NCBI GenBank assembly: GCA_002633005.1
Contig: NMRA01000564.1
Location: 151,438-215,437, forward strand
Source of the DNA: Phoronis australis
Lineage: Eukaryota > Animalia > Phoronida
Direction: 5' to 3'
DNA length: 64,000 bases
Shown here piece by piece: positions 24,201 through 55,300 of this stretch. A model generated the notes under the pieces. It was not told the origin of the DNA. It searched no databases and was given only the letters and a program-made list of their open reading frames with translations. Numbering within the stretch: the stretch's first letter is position 1; each line of letters begins with the position of its first letter. Made by a program: the position numbers and the translations under genes.

Positions 24201-25536
24201 AACATGTGTTTTAGTATAGATCTACTTAAATATATTCTATATACTAACATGTATTCCATCTGTCAATCCGTACAAAACTGTACATTTATCGAGGTGTCCG
24301 AATTATTCGACATTTATCCTGCAATGGAAAGAACAGTGACATATGAAATGCAAATTCATTTAGAAAACTGAGTTGATAGCAGATAGACAGAAACAGCTAT
24401 GCTGAAGGTAGAGGCCTGCTGTTATCAATAATGTTCATTGTGCAAAATGAAATTAGTGTCGCTGAATGTTTGCATATTGATTATTTAGCATTTTGTTAGA
24501 AAGTAGAATATCTTGCCACACATGGCAGATCACTCGTTACGTGTTCTTAATGAATTTAAAATTTCTGGTCGAAGATAGGATTTCAAAATAATGAATCAAA
24601 ACTTGATGTTCAAATGATCAGTTTTTCTCGTCCCAGGACGTATTTTATGCAACTTTGATTGAAGTAAATCCTGCTCCATTCATCAACTAAGATTACAAAA
24701 CAAGATCTTCATACAGTGTCAGTGAGTTATCGTTTTCAGCTATGGGTTCTGTAACTTTTGTCAAACTAATGATGCTGTGAGTGGGTTAGACGTGGGTTGT
24801 CATTGTTATAGGCTATTGGTCGTCTTGTCTGCTTGTAGATGTCCACACAGCCCACACTAGTAAGGACACCCACCCACGACATCAAAGGCTGTACAAACCA
24901 TAGCCAAAAACGCTAACTGATACTTAACTCATAGACTGTGTATGAAGATCTTTTCAATATTATTTCATCAACTAAGTATTGTGGCTGTTGTATTTTTTTC
25001 CAGAATTTTTGGCAGAAAAAGCACCTTAGTATTGGTCACTTGTCTGAGAATGCACATGATGTTAATTGGTGACACATCCAGTGGCAAATTCAGAGAGGAA
25101 TGAAAGAGCCCATCCCCCCATAAAACTCTGATTTTTATGTAAAAACTTGGTCAAAATTGAGATTTAAAAAGTATGTATGTGGGTAGTAAAGGTGTATTCA
25201 TATCCCCTCATGAGCAAGTGTTTCACACATTGACTTCAAGTACATTCAGGTCATTAATCCTTCCCCCTCCCCGACGGTACTCAAATCTGTGGATCCACTT
25301 CTAACATCATCTTTTTATTCTTCATGAGAACAGTACCTCCACAACGTCGATATGCTGATTCTCACTACCGTACAGTCTCTACCCTCGAGAATGTCCTTAA
25401 CCCTATTTTCTGTTCACCTTTTCAGGTGACATCAGAAGATTTGAACAGGGATGACTTCAACATCAATGAACGCATTCATTCAGCTATTGAAACAAGCGTT
25501 CGTTTGAACCACAGCATAACAGAAAGTCAAAGTTAA
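18274..25536 (+). CDS. FASTKD5: FAST kinase domain-containing protein 5-like, mitochondrial (~623 aa; exons 18274-19665, 20159-20297, 21383-21476, 22710-22845, 25426-25536)
   Basis: A 464-codon helical exon contains FASTKD5-type motifs (ELSVICIGFFKTKSKV, WRLKDLSRLFFILANF, HPHCLVTAL, FPVDLL). The C-terminal RAP domain reads VAILVLPSNCFYG...QLMGIHVMRKRHLEIKGYVVVQV. The N-terminus is Arg/Ser/Leu-rich like a presequence. Exon phases are consistent. Confidence 0.8.
21731..22589. repeat. Near-identical 429-bp direct duplication separated by a single N (probable assembly artefact)
   Basis: 21731-22159 is repeated at 22161-22589 with only a handful of substitutions, and position 22160 is n. Confidence 0.85.
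23575..24070. mobile_element. hAT-like MITE with 6-bp TSD
   Basis: gagatt|CAGGGCTTGGAAT ... ATTCCAAGCCCTG|gagatt. Confidence 0.8.
24075..24256. repeat. AT-rich minisatellite, about 4 copies of ~45 bp
   Basis: The unit ttttagtatagatctacttaaatatatttatatactaacatgta is repeated four times. Confidence 0.85.
24702..24953. mobile_element. Degenerate palindromic MITE
   Basis: Termini aagatcttcatacag and ctgtgtatgaagatctt, with further imperfect internal complementarity (gctatgg / ccatagc). Confidence 0.5.
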
Positions 25537-25866
25537 AGGCTTACAACAAAAATGCTGAAAGTTAAAGCTTTTTACAACTTTTGTTTGGTGACATATGTCC
25601 CAAATGAACCATGTTTAAGTTATATTTGCTGTCAGAGAAATTTGAAAAATGAAATTCATATATTGTGTCCTGAACTGAAAATTTTTTACGGAGAGCTCTC
25701 AGAGACGTAATCTTGTTATTGTTCCAGTGCAGTTTGCTTGCTTACAAGTCGTTTGACAGTACCATTATCGTAACTGGCCCCAGTAGAGAGGGTGGGCACT
25801 CCCGGGACACCTTAGGCCATTGATGTCCTTAGCTCTTCTCATGATGTCATGCCCCTGGCACGAGTA

Positions 25867-26060
25867 GTGTAAAAATGGCCAGTTGCCACTTTGGGCAACT
25901 GAATGTAGGACTGTTCGAAAAAAATTTGTTTGCTGGAGTATTTGGTTCAGCTGGGAAGAGTTAAAGACATGGATGGTCTCCTAGGGTGTATCTATGCACA
26001 AAGGTACTTACGTTGAGGTTTAATCGGTGTTAGGCATAATTCGCCAAAAAGCTTCCGGCA
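25867..26060. repeat. Dispersed repeat; second copy at ~46398-46612
   Basis: Both copies share gtgtaaaaatg-ccagttgcc...tttgggcaa-tgaa and ggcataattcgcc-aaaagcttccggc. Confidence 0.65.
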
Positions 26061-27892
26061 TATGGCAGCCATATGTGATGTCCACCATCTCTACTGCGGC
26101 CAGTTGATACGATGGGTCTAACAGGTTATTGGCTCATGCATCATCCAAATGTGTCACTCAGTTTTTATCTTACTCAAAATTGTGTGGTTTAAATCCTACC
26201 TTGGACGTCAATTCAGTTCCTTCAATATGTGAAAAGCATCACTGTGACCACGCTGAACTCATAAATTGTCAAATGTAGTGATCGGTAAAGCTTGTTGCCT
26301 GACTTTTGTCGAAGTCATCAAGAATGCTTTAGTAAATTCATACAGCTTCGAGCAACACCCGCACACGTACAACGTAAAGTGACAACCAGCATTCTGTCCT
26401 AGAAACTTTTTTTGTGATTTAAACCACATACCAATATAATAACTGATCTTAACGTGTTCCAAACTCAGTTGAGTAGTTCCTGGGCTTTGAGACCATGCTT
26501 GGTGCATAAAACGACCCTTTGTGAAGCTGTCTTGTAGGGCTTGATCTCAACGAACTGGGAACTGTCACTTCTTTCCAATCCAACAAATTCCGTCTATAAA
26601 TTTAACTTCTCAAGAATTTGAAACCAGTTCCTCAACAGTCCTTGGTCTAAGTCAATTCGAAGGGAATTATGGGATGGAAAGTGGAATAAAAGTTACGTTG
26701 AACACAGCATGTTGCAAGTTTTCATGAGACTGCGCATACACTTGATTGAACCATGGCTCAAGTTATTGCTTGAAAGGAAATGGTCGTCGCTGTTAATTCG
26801 TTTATTCCAGTTTGAATTTTGCAATTTTTGCGTGACCTTAATTGGCGACGCATTGAGCGTACTTTTGCAGACGTGGCTTACTTCAGTTAACCCAAATTGG
26901 GGGTTTGGGTAGACACAAGCCCAACTTTTCAATGAATAATTTTTCATAGCACCACTTAGTACAAACAAAATTTCATCTGAATGTCATATATCAAAGTGTT
27001 TTTAATTAAATTCACATCCAATGCATAAATGGTGTAAAATGTACCTCACAAGGTTTTGGGTGCTTAGGATAATAACTGACCAATCTCAAGCTCCGCCCCC
27101 TTATGAAAAGTTGACAAACGAACAATAAGTTTTACCCGACGTCTTGTTTGTCACGTAAAATTTCGTCTTGGAAATGAAGGTGTGTCAAGAATGCTGCGTT
27201 CTGATTGGTCAGTTAGGCTGTCACTCAACATCCTGGCGATAGGTCAATTGCACAGTTTGATTTGAAATGGGAACTGCATTTTCAAACAGAAAGAAAAGGA
27301 TGATGCCCACAAAGTAACTACAGCGATGATGTTAAAAGCATTATAATTCTTATGCAAGACATTTACATTTTAAATCCATGTGATAACGTATACACATACA
27401 TGCAAATATGTATCATTTAGTGACCGTTCTTACTGAATGAAGCTTACAACAACAGACAGGGCTTGTTACAGATATCAAGAAGACAATGGGTATAATTTTA
27501 GTAGAATATTGAATTAAAACGCAATACACAAAATCCAACAGGCACATCTCGCTCATTTAATTGAGCATTAAGACACTCTTCAATTTCTGTTACAATACCC
27601 TCGATGCACTAGTGTTTAATATACAATTCTCTTATTACTTTAACACAAACTGACTATATTCACCCATCATCACATTCGACCATTCACTTAGTACAAGAGA
27701 GAAAAACCCATTACAATACAATGTGGGAAAACATTCCGTTATTCATGTGGTAACACCTGATGAAGAAGACTACAATATAAAGCTAGTCCTAACAGTACAA
27801 GCTATAGCATAGCATGCACTAGAGACCAAGAAACCACATTTGTTGAGCGAGATTAATGACCTACAGCCCACTTGACCAGCCGTTTGCAAGGC

Positions 27893-47063
<19,171 letters not shown>

Positions 47064-47114
47064 TTTTTCGGTCTGGTTTACAGCGAACAGGACTCCTCAA
47101 CACAACCTCGATGA

Positions 47115-47185
47115 TTTTTGAATAAGCCCCGTCTTTGAAATCAACCAATCACAACACATTACTATTCGCAGCGCCATCTAGAGTC
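47115..47185 (-). promoter_or_regulatory. KIF11 core promoter with CHR-like TTTGAA motifs, a CCAAT box and a CTCF-like motif
   Basis: TTTGAA at ~47117 and ~47134, AACCAATCA at ~47143 and GCAGCGCCATCTAG at ~47168, all 55-120 bp upstream of the ATG. Confidence 0.5.
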
Positions 47186-47230
47186 AGAAATTAGAGAAGC
47201 GCACAGTGATTAGAGCAATGAGCTATATAT

Positions 47231-48167
47231 CAGTGGCGGATCTAGGATATCACAAGGGGGGGGCCCAACATTTTGTCCGGCTGTAAAAATTTGCGCAAAC
47301 TGAACCACGATTGTAGATGCGCATAGCACCAAATGGGGGGAAATTTTTCTGTTTTGACCTCTAAAAATCAAGTATTTTCCTTGATTCCTGAAGTATTAAC
47401 CAAGAAAAAAAGGCAAAAAAAAACACGGAGAACGTGTCAAACAGGAAAATCTGCAAATACCAAAGACTCGAACTCACGACCTTGCGCATAGAGCGCGCGT
47501 GCGTTACCACTACACCACCACGATTTAGCTACTAATCTCATACTAAGAGAAGTACTTGTTTATGGTCCACAGCGTTTGCGCGCGAAACCTACTTCTTTTT
47601 GTATTGCTTATAACACGTTTTGTGCCATCGATTCTTAACAAATTTGTCGTATTTAAAAGTCTTAAAATGCCCAAAAGACCAAATCCGTTATTCGTGTTGG
47701 CAATAATGACCGGGGATTGCTTTGGAAATCGTCTTAACATAAGGTTTGACAAAGAGAGTATTGCGAGTTTCTGAGCTTCTGTTTTTTCATCGTCACTCAG
47801 GTTCCATTTTCTTTAAAAATGAAGTAAATTTTCTTCATTGCACAGTGGAGCAGACGACGGAAACTGAGTCGTAGTGCGCAGCGCATCTGCCGGTCGCTTG
47901 GGATATCGCGGCAGAGCCTATACTTAGCCATAGTTCCGTTACGAATGCGCCGTGTTCCGAATTTGACACTTGAAATTGGATTTGAGCCCCCCCCCCCCAA
48001 CACTAAAACTGCACACATTTAAATCTTTTTTCATCCGTATACTTTTAATTACCGGGGTTAATTAATAAACTCAACATTTATTTCCCTACGCTCTTACTGT
48101 TTTATTTTTTTGCGGCAGCCAAAGGGGGGGCCCGGGCCCCCTGGGACCCCCCCTAAATCCGCCTATG
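47231..48167 (+). mobile_element. ~937-bp MITE with 5-bp TSD and internal tRNA-like segment (copy A)
   Basis: tatat|CAGTGGCGGATCTAGG ... CCTAAATCCGCCTATG|tatat. A/B boxes lie on the minus strand at ~47465-47522. Confidence 0.85.
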
Positions 48168-48633
48168 TATATATATGTACTTATATTTATCTCATCGGAT
48201 TAGAGACCGTGGAGGGCTTGCTAACGTCTTTAATATTAGTCACGACATCTTTTCACATAAGTGAAAATGTGTTATTTTTATTGTTAAAACAATAACCACA
48301 ACACCTTCAACGTGAAGTCACCCGTCCCTTGAAAATGACAAAGTCTCTGCTGCTCAGGCCCAGTCATTTTCGGTCGGGTTAATCGATCGGATGATCTGTC
48401 CGTTTAGTTCCCGTAATCGTGATTGCTCGGTTGCCCCATTCTGCTGTGCTAGAACTTGGAATATCACTTGATCTCAGAATCACGCGTGCCTGAACGATGC
48501 CTAATAAAATTCTAATTTTGACTGACTCGCGTTTTGAGTAAGCAAAGCTCGGTCGCCGCGGAAATGGGATACGGGCCTAGTCTAACAGAGACCAGCGAAA
48601 ACTATAAGTACAGTCGTGACACTATTATAAATG

Positions 48634-49979
48634 AGAATCGTACGCGCTCGAGCATCGCATCTTACCATAGGCGGATTTAGGAGGGGCCCAGGCCCCCCGG
48701 GCCCTAATTGGCTGCTGCAAAAAACTTGATAAAACAGCAAGAGCGTAGGGAAATGTTGAGTTTATTAATTAACCCCGGTAATTAAAATTATACGGATGAA
48801 ACAAGATTTAAATGTGTGCAGTTTTAGTGTTTGGGGGGGGGCTCAGGTCCAATTTCAAGGGTCAAATTCGGAACACGGCGCAATCGTAACGGAACTATGG
48901 CTAAGTATAGGCTCTCCCGCGATACCTCAGGCGACCGGCAGTGGCGCTGGGCACTACGACTTCGTTTGTGTCGTCTGCTCCACTGTGCAATGAAGAAAAT
49001 TTCTTCATTTTTTAAAGGAAATGGAATCTTTGTGATGATTAAAAAAACAGAGGCTGATGGTAAGATGTCAATTTTAATCGAAGCCTTAGTGAATCACTCA
49101 GAAACTCATAATTCTCTCTTTGTCAAACCTTAACTTAAGACGATTTCCAAAGCAATCGCGTCATTATTGCCAACACAAAAAACGGATTTAGTGTTTTGGG
49201 CAATTGAAGACTATTTTAAATACAACAAATTTGTTACGAACTGATTGCACAAAGTATAAAACATGTAATAAGCATTACAAAATGAAGGTTTCGCGCGCTA
49301 ACGCTGTGGACCATAAACAAGTAGGTCTCTTACTATCAAATTGGGAGTTAAATCGTGGTGGTGCAGTGGTGAAGCACGCGCGCCTTATCCGCCAGGTCGT
49401 GAGTTCGAGTCATTTGGCGCTTGCGGCTTTTCCTGTTTGACACTTTTCTGGGTTTTTTGCCTTTTTTTCTTGAATAATACTTCAGAAATCAAGAAAAATG
49501 CTTGATTTTTAGAGGAAAAAACAGAAACCCCCCTCCCGACTTCCCCCCATTCGACCGGTGCTATGCGCATCTACAATCGTGCTTTGAGCAAACGTTTACT
49601 GACAAAATGTTGCCCCCCCCCCCTAGATCCGCCACTGCTTACGCACGAACCATCTACGAAACTATGAATCATGCATACGAACTCAAGAATCACGCTTATG
49701 AACAAAAATCATGCGCACGAACCACTCCGATACCTCGGAACAAAAACCGCCGGTTTGTCGGAAACCGTCGCACGAGCTATGAGGCTACTACGCACAAGCA
49801 TCAAGCGATAACCGTTTGTTCATGCGTGTGGCTCGATGCTCGTGTGTATGATTTTGATTTTTGTGGTTTGTGGGCACGATTTTTTGTTCGTATGACGTGA
49901 TTCGTTGAGTTCGTATGCATGATGAGTACGTATAAGTAGGTGGTCGTCGAGCGTAAGATGCGATGCTCGTGCCGATTCT
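48634..49979. mobile_element. Older palindromic MITE whose left arm is interrupted by copy B
   Basis: Removing copy B rejoins agaatcg...cgagcatcgcatcttac|gcacga, the reverse complement of tcgagcgtaagatgcgatgctcgtgccgattct at ~49947-49979. The inner arms are atgcatacgaactcaa and ttgagttcgtatgcat. Confidence 0.7.
48666..49637 (-). mobile_element. ~972-bp MITE with 5-bp TSD and internal tRNA-like segment (copy B, inverted relative to A)
   Basis: cttac|CATAGGCGGATTTAGG ... CCTAGATCCGCCACTG|cttac. It is a colinear reverse complement of copy A. The A/B boxes lie at ~49353-49411. Confidence 0.85.
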
Positions 49980-51286
49980 ATGCGGGTACCCCTGGAGAAG
50001 AATGTTCTAAACAAATCGAAATTAAGTTTCCGTGGCCTGGTCATGGTTAGGCTACTACTGAGGGAGTATTGATAGAATCCATTCGTGGAATAAAAGGAGG
50101 CATGTTCCATCCAAACTAAAAGTTTGCACTCCTTCATACGCCCGGTTAGATACGCACATCAGTGGCCAGGCAACTATAAGACTGCCTCCAATCGGATATT
50201 TGTTACATATTCCAAACATAAAATTTTTGTTTGAAATCAGTGTCTATCTCAAAATGACACGTGTCTTAAATACTAAGGCTGATCCATGTTTTTCATGGTG
50301 TGATCAACGTGAGGATCAGGCTTTAATGCCCCGGTACATTGAGCAATAAACTAAGAACGCAAAATTCATGTCTACTGAAATTTTATCAGTTTTATAACCG
50401 TCAAGCGTAAGGAACAGAATTTCTGCCGGAATATTCTCAACACGCCCAACGTTCGCTTCAAAGTATTCTTACACACTGCAACTGCAAAATTTTTTACTAC
50501 CCAAATCTCAATTACGCCATAATCAGTGATATCTAGGACTAAAGTGCAATGGAATTTTGTTTTCTACACATTTGGCAATCACTGGTTAGGTAAACGTTGA
50601 TCATTGTTTTAGTTGGAAAGTCTTGTTTGATTATTTGTCAATCCTACATCTGGAACAGCTAAGACCGGGATTTCCGCCCACTATTGCACGACTTAAACTG
50701 TTATCTCACAACTTCGCATAATAGGAGACTAGAGAAGCCACAAGTAATGTCCAATTTTCCTTGAAGCCAATCATTTTACGTGATTGTGATTGTTATTTAG
50801 CGATATCTTATCATGGGCCTACGGCGTGGACCCTAGACATGTATATAATACATTTTGTAAGCCTGTCTATTAGGAAAATCTCAAAGGTGCAAGGGAGTTT
50901 TTCGCCGAACGCACTCTACAATAGATTTTTTTGGAAAAAAACACGATATGGCAGACAGTTTCAGCTTTTGCGACACTCTCATGGTGAACTCCCAAGGTTT
51001 CGTAATTTATGTGTTAAAATCCATCATCACGATTCATTCAGTTGAAGACCCATACCTAATTCAAGTCTTTTTATTACGAACTTTCCTGATCAGTAAACCT
51101 GAATTATAAAAATCAGCAATGTGCTGTGCAAAGAAAGACAACGAAGGGAATCTTGGAACAGAGTTTGTTGAAGACAGGACATAGGCGCAACGCAGCAGAG
51201 GCTATGTCCAAATTGTGCGGAGATGGACAATGAGAGCAGTCGTGTGGTTACACTTTTTTCTCTAATTACTAAGCCCAATCCCACTC

Positions 51287-51451
51287 CAATGGCGGATTTA
51301 GAAGGGGGTCATACCCCCCCCCCCCCNCCCCCCCCTAACTCTCACAGATTCCATTTGACAGTTCGGAAGTGGGAATGTCTGACTGGCAAAATCCTGGCTA
51401 ATACACTGCCCTACCACCCTCCCCCAACTAAAAATCCTGGATCCGCCCCTG
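51287..51451. mobile_element. Short MITE of the 5-bp-TSD group
   Basis: cactc|CAATGGCGGATTTAG ... CTGGATCCGCCCCTG|cactc. A related inverted, degraded copy lies at ~15857-16015. Confidence 0.75.
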
Positions 51452-51627
51452 CACTCTTGCAAGTGGTAACGCAGTTGCCCATCTACGATCTCTGGTCCTG
51501 TAGCAAAAATAGCCTGAACAGCGTTAACAAACATGCAGCCGCGGATTCAGAGGGAAGACTGCGGGGTCCCTATTTTCAGACACCAACCTCCACAAATTTG
51601 TACAAGGCGTGTTTAACCGCTGGTTAT

Positions 51628-52139
51628 GGTTGACCAAATAGGTGAACGTTATGCACGCAAATTATGTGCGTAATTTAATTCTTGTTAGTGGCTTAAATTA
51701 ATTATTAACGTTATTAACTGCGTAAATTAATTGTTTGCGGCGTAAAGTAACTTTTTACGTCGTAAATTAATTATTTGCGCCGCACATTAACTTGTAACGG
51801 TGTAAATTAATTCTTTACGGCAAAAAATAATTATTTGCGGCGTAAATTAACTTTTAATGGCGTTAATTAATTATTTGAGGCGTAAATAAACTTTTAACGG
51901 CGTAAATTAATTATTTGCGACGTATATTTGTCGTTGCTTAAATGAGTGAACGTTACCCACGTAAATTACGTGCGTAAATTAAATTTAATTTACGCTGTTA
52001 AAAGTTAATTTTCGCCCCAATAAATTAATTTACTCCATTAAAAGTTAATTTACGCCTCCCATAATTAATTTACGCCACTAACAAGAATTAATTTACGAGG
52101 TTAATTTACGTGCGTAACGTTCACCCACTTGGCCAACGA
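51628..52139. mobile_element. Compound copy of the palindromic minisatellite-bearing MITE, immediately upstream of the astacin gene
   Basis: Two left-type ends (gttgaccaaataggtgaacg at ~51629 and cgttgcttaaatgagtgaacg at ~51932), one right end (cgttcacccacttggccaacga), and an expanded array of cgtaaattaattatttgcgg units. Confidence 0.7.
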
Positions 52140-52326
52140 TAGGTGATCAGCTGTAAACAACTTGATAACTTTTGCATGTGGTTTCAATTTGAATTTGATG
52201 CCGTCCGACTGGATGTGGCACATTTAGTAGATCCGGGACCGTCACATTTCACGTCACGAAGGCATAACCGAGTTTCCTTACAGTTCGTTTTTAAAGAGGC
52301 AAGTGCGTATTTGTAGATTATTAAGC

Positions 52327-55300
52327 ATGCGTGGTCGCACGATGGTGTTGCGGGTATTCGCTATTGCGGTAAGTTTTTACACATACAATTTGTACAACCT
52401 TGAAACACGATAGGAAATGGGCTTTATCATTCATTGTTGTGAAGTACTTGATGTGTGAATAATAAAATTAATAACTTCTGTAAATTCCGAGTAATTCCCG
52501 GTTAAACTGACTACACAAACACAAATCAAACATTTTATTCTCATGAAATCGGTCTGATAATTCCTTACGGTGGTAGGGTCCTATTTCTGATATGGCGTTG
52601 CCAAAAAGAACAAAGGAACCATGAGCGAGTCAAAAAACTCGTTCAGATAAGTGGACTCGAAATTGGCGCAAGATCGCATAAGCAAATATTCAGGGGCTAT
52701 GAATTGGTTATACAGATACCTCTAAATTTACTGTGTACAAAACATTCCATTCAGTTTTCCTTGTGTTGTGGGACGTAGTCAAGTTCCAGCCTGCGAAAGA
52801 ATACCTGGGTCTGTACGTATATGCAGAAATCAGTTCACGATGATAAAAGTGGATACGTGTTTGTCATTTAACCAAAGAACTCACCTGCTTGAAACCAGGG
52901 AAGGTTCACAGTTATTTTTTTCATGTCTCAGGCGTGTGTGGTGCTCTCATCGCCAACGCCAATGAACAGAGCGGCATTTGAAGACGCGATGTTGGAGCCT
53001 GAGCCATACACAGATAAGACGATTGATCAATTAATTATGAGCACCTATGTGAGCATGGACGGTAGGTACTTTTATCGACATTTAATTTTGTATTTCCCTT
53101 ACAGTCCATTCAAGTACATATATGGCAGTCAACAAAAATGTTTCATTGTCGAAAACAAATTTTGTATGCTGGTGTATGATATAAAGAGGTGCTACTGATT
53201 GCGGTGTCATTTTACTGCAACTTTTGTGGTGAATAGAATATGGCATACCACAGACCTTCATTTCAATGGGCATACCTTGTGATGATACCTGGGTGTTTAT
53301 TTGTGAGGTGATGGTGATGACAGTGTAAAAGGCAGTGATTCGTCCTAATCGTTATTTTATTACCGCTATCGGCTCAAAAGTATATACATATCGTAAAAGC
53401 TTCAAGATGTCCACTTTTTAAGGCAACATATTGGAATCAAAGTTTAGTTCTGTAGCAGTGTAATATGTGAAAAATATTCAACCTCATCGATAAACTGTGC
53501 CCATAGAAGGATTTAGGGGGGCAGGGGGTCCGCCACCCCCCCCCCCTGGCTGGCGCAAGCAAAATTAACCAGTAAAAAAGCGTGAAGCGTGAGGAAATAC
53601 TGAGTTCAGGGGCTAGGACCGGTAGCGGACGAGGGGGGAAAACACGTTCCCGTTTTTTTTTTATTTAGTCCACCGATATATTTTCTGAACAGAAGGTATA
53701 CATCCTTGGCCCCCGCACCTTCCGGGCCTGCGTACACGTGCAATCGCGCTTTGCTTAATTCCATCCCCGAGGATGTTGGGCCCTCCCTCATGGTCCTAGA
53801 TCCGCCCCTCCCATGTCCGGGCGGGCTTCACCACCTACACCTAGCTCTTCAAGTTGTGTCCCAGTTTCCCAATTGTCACAAAAAATCTCATTTCCCATCT
53901 CCGGACCGATTCCCCTATTGGTTTCGCCGTTGACGTAAGATATGTTTGAGAAAGCGGGCACACCACCCACCCCCCCCCCCTCCCCCTGCCCTCGGATGCC
54001 TACGGTTCCGCTTGCCTGAAATGTTTTAGTTTGGAAAATCAAAACTTTAAATGTTGTGCTTGCAGATGTGAGGTCCGCCTCTGTAATGAACAACGGAACT
54101 GTCCTTGCCGAGTTAGATATGATGTTGACAGAGGATCAGTTCCGAAATATGTACAGACAAGGCGACTGGGAGGCTGCTTACCCTATCGAGTATGTAACCG
54201 TCAAGGCCTTTGGTAAACTGCCTCACACCACACTTTTTATGTACAACCACTCATCAATTCACAGCAGCATGAGCGTCAAGCGTAAATTCGTTATTATTTT
54301 GCATAGGACCTAACTGTGCAGTCTTGTTTCCATATTGCTGAAGAGCTCGACATAAAGAGGTCAACCTGAAGTAGTCTGAAAACCAGAATGTTTTTTTACA
54401 AAATGCATGTATTGTTTTCATTAAAACTTGTTTGACGTCAATAACTGGTGATTTCCAGCGAACACATGTGGTGCAAACAACTCGCTATTTAACTCTTTGC
54501 AGAGACGCTAAGCGCCGGCGACGTAATATCCGGAATACTCGTCTGAGATGGACCAATGGCGTGGTTCCTTACGAATTGAGCCCTGGAAGTTTTAGTAAGT
54601 TGGCTAAAAGCAACTATTATAGTGGGCAAGACCATGTTGGTAGTTTTTGGAGACTAAATTGTTGCAGTAGGTGGAAATCTTGACCTCACTCAAGAATTGG
54701 GAAGTTGCTTTGAAATTCAGTTGGTGATTAGGCTAAAGTGCGAACCCCGGTGAGCTAAAATGCAAACCAGTTTCAACTGAAATTGCTCAGATGGACGCGT
54801 TTAACTGATATTTACATGCTGATCTAACTGCGAAAAAAAACTTTTGTTTTGCGATGAATATATTATTTGGATCGGTAAAGCTACACCAATTGTCTTCGAA
54901 AATAAAACCATAAAACCCTTCAGCAGCGTATTGCGTTTAATTTAACGTTTGAATAAAGTTCAGTTTCATTACTCATCAGTCAATCGGTTTTTTGCTGATA
55001 GATGTCTTCTGAACCCCCATTGCACAGTTCAAAATTACCAATAATTTCGCAATTCTAAATACTATGCACAAATTTCTCTATGAACGGACCACAAATTGTT
55101 ATACGTGGTCGTAGAAGAATTTTGCAGAAAGTCGAACGCGAATAGAAACGACTTTTATATGTATTTTACAGGCACTTACGATCAAGGTCTAATCCGCCAG
55201 GCGGTGTCTGAGTGGAACGCTGCAACTTGTCTCAATATCCGGCCGGCCACCTATTCTGACCGAAACAAAATCCGGATGCAAAATGGTCAAGGATGTAACT

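Noticed and set aside
47231-49637. A single large foldback transposon with 950-bp TIRs
   Set aside because: Each arm has its own TIR pair and its own distinct 5-bp TSD, and the outer flanks do not match each other.
51660-52120. CRISPR-like array
   Set aside because: The units are degenerate and contiguous, with no unique spacers and no cas genes. The context is eukaryotic.
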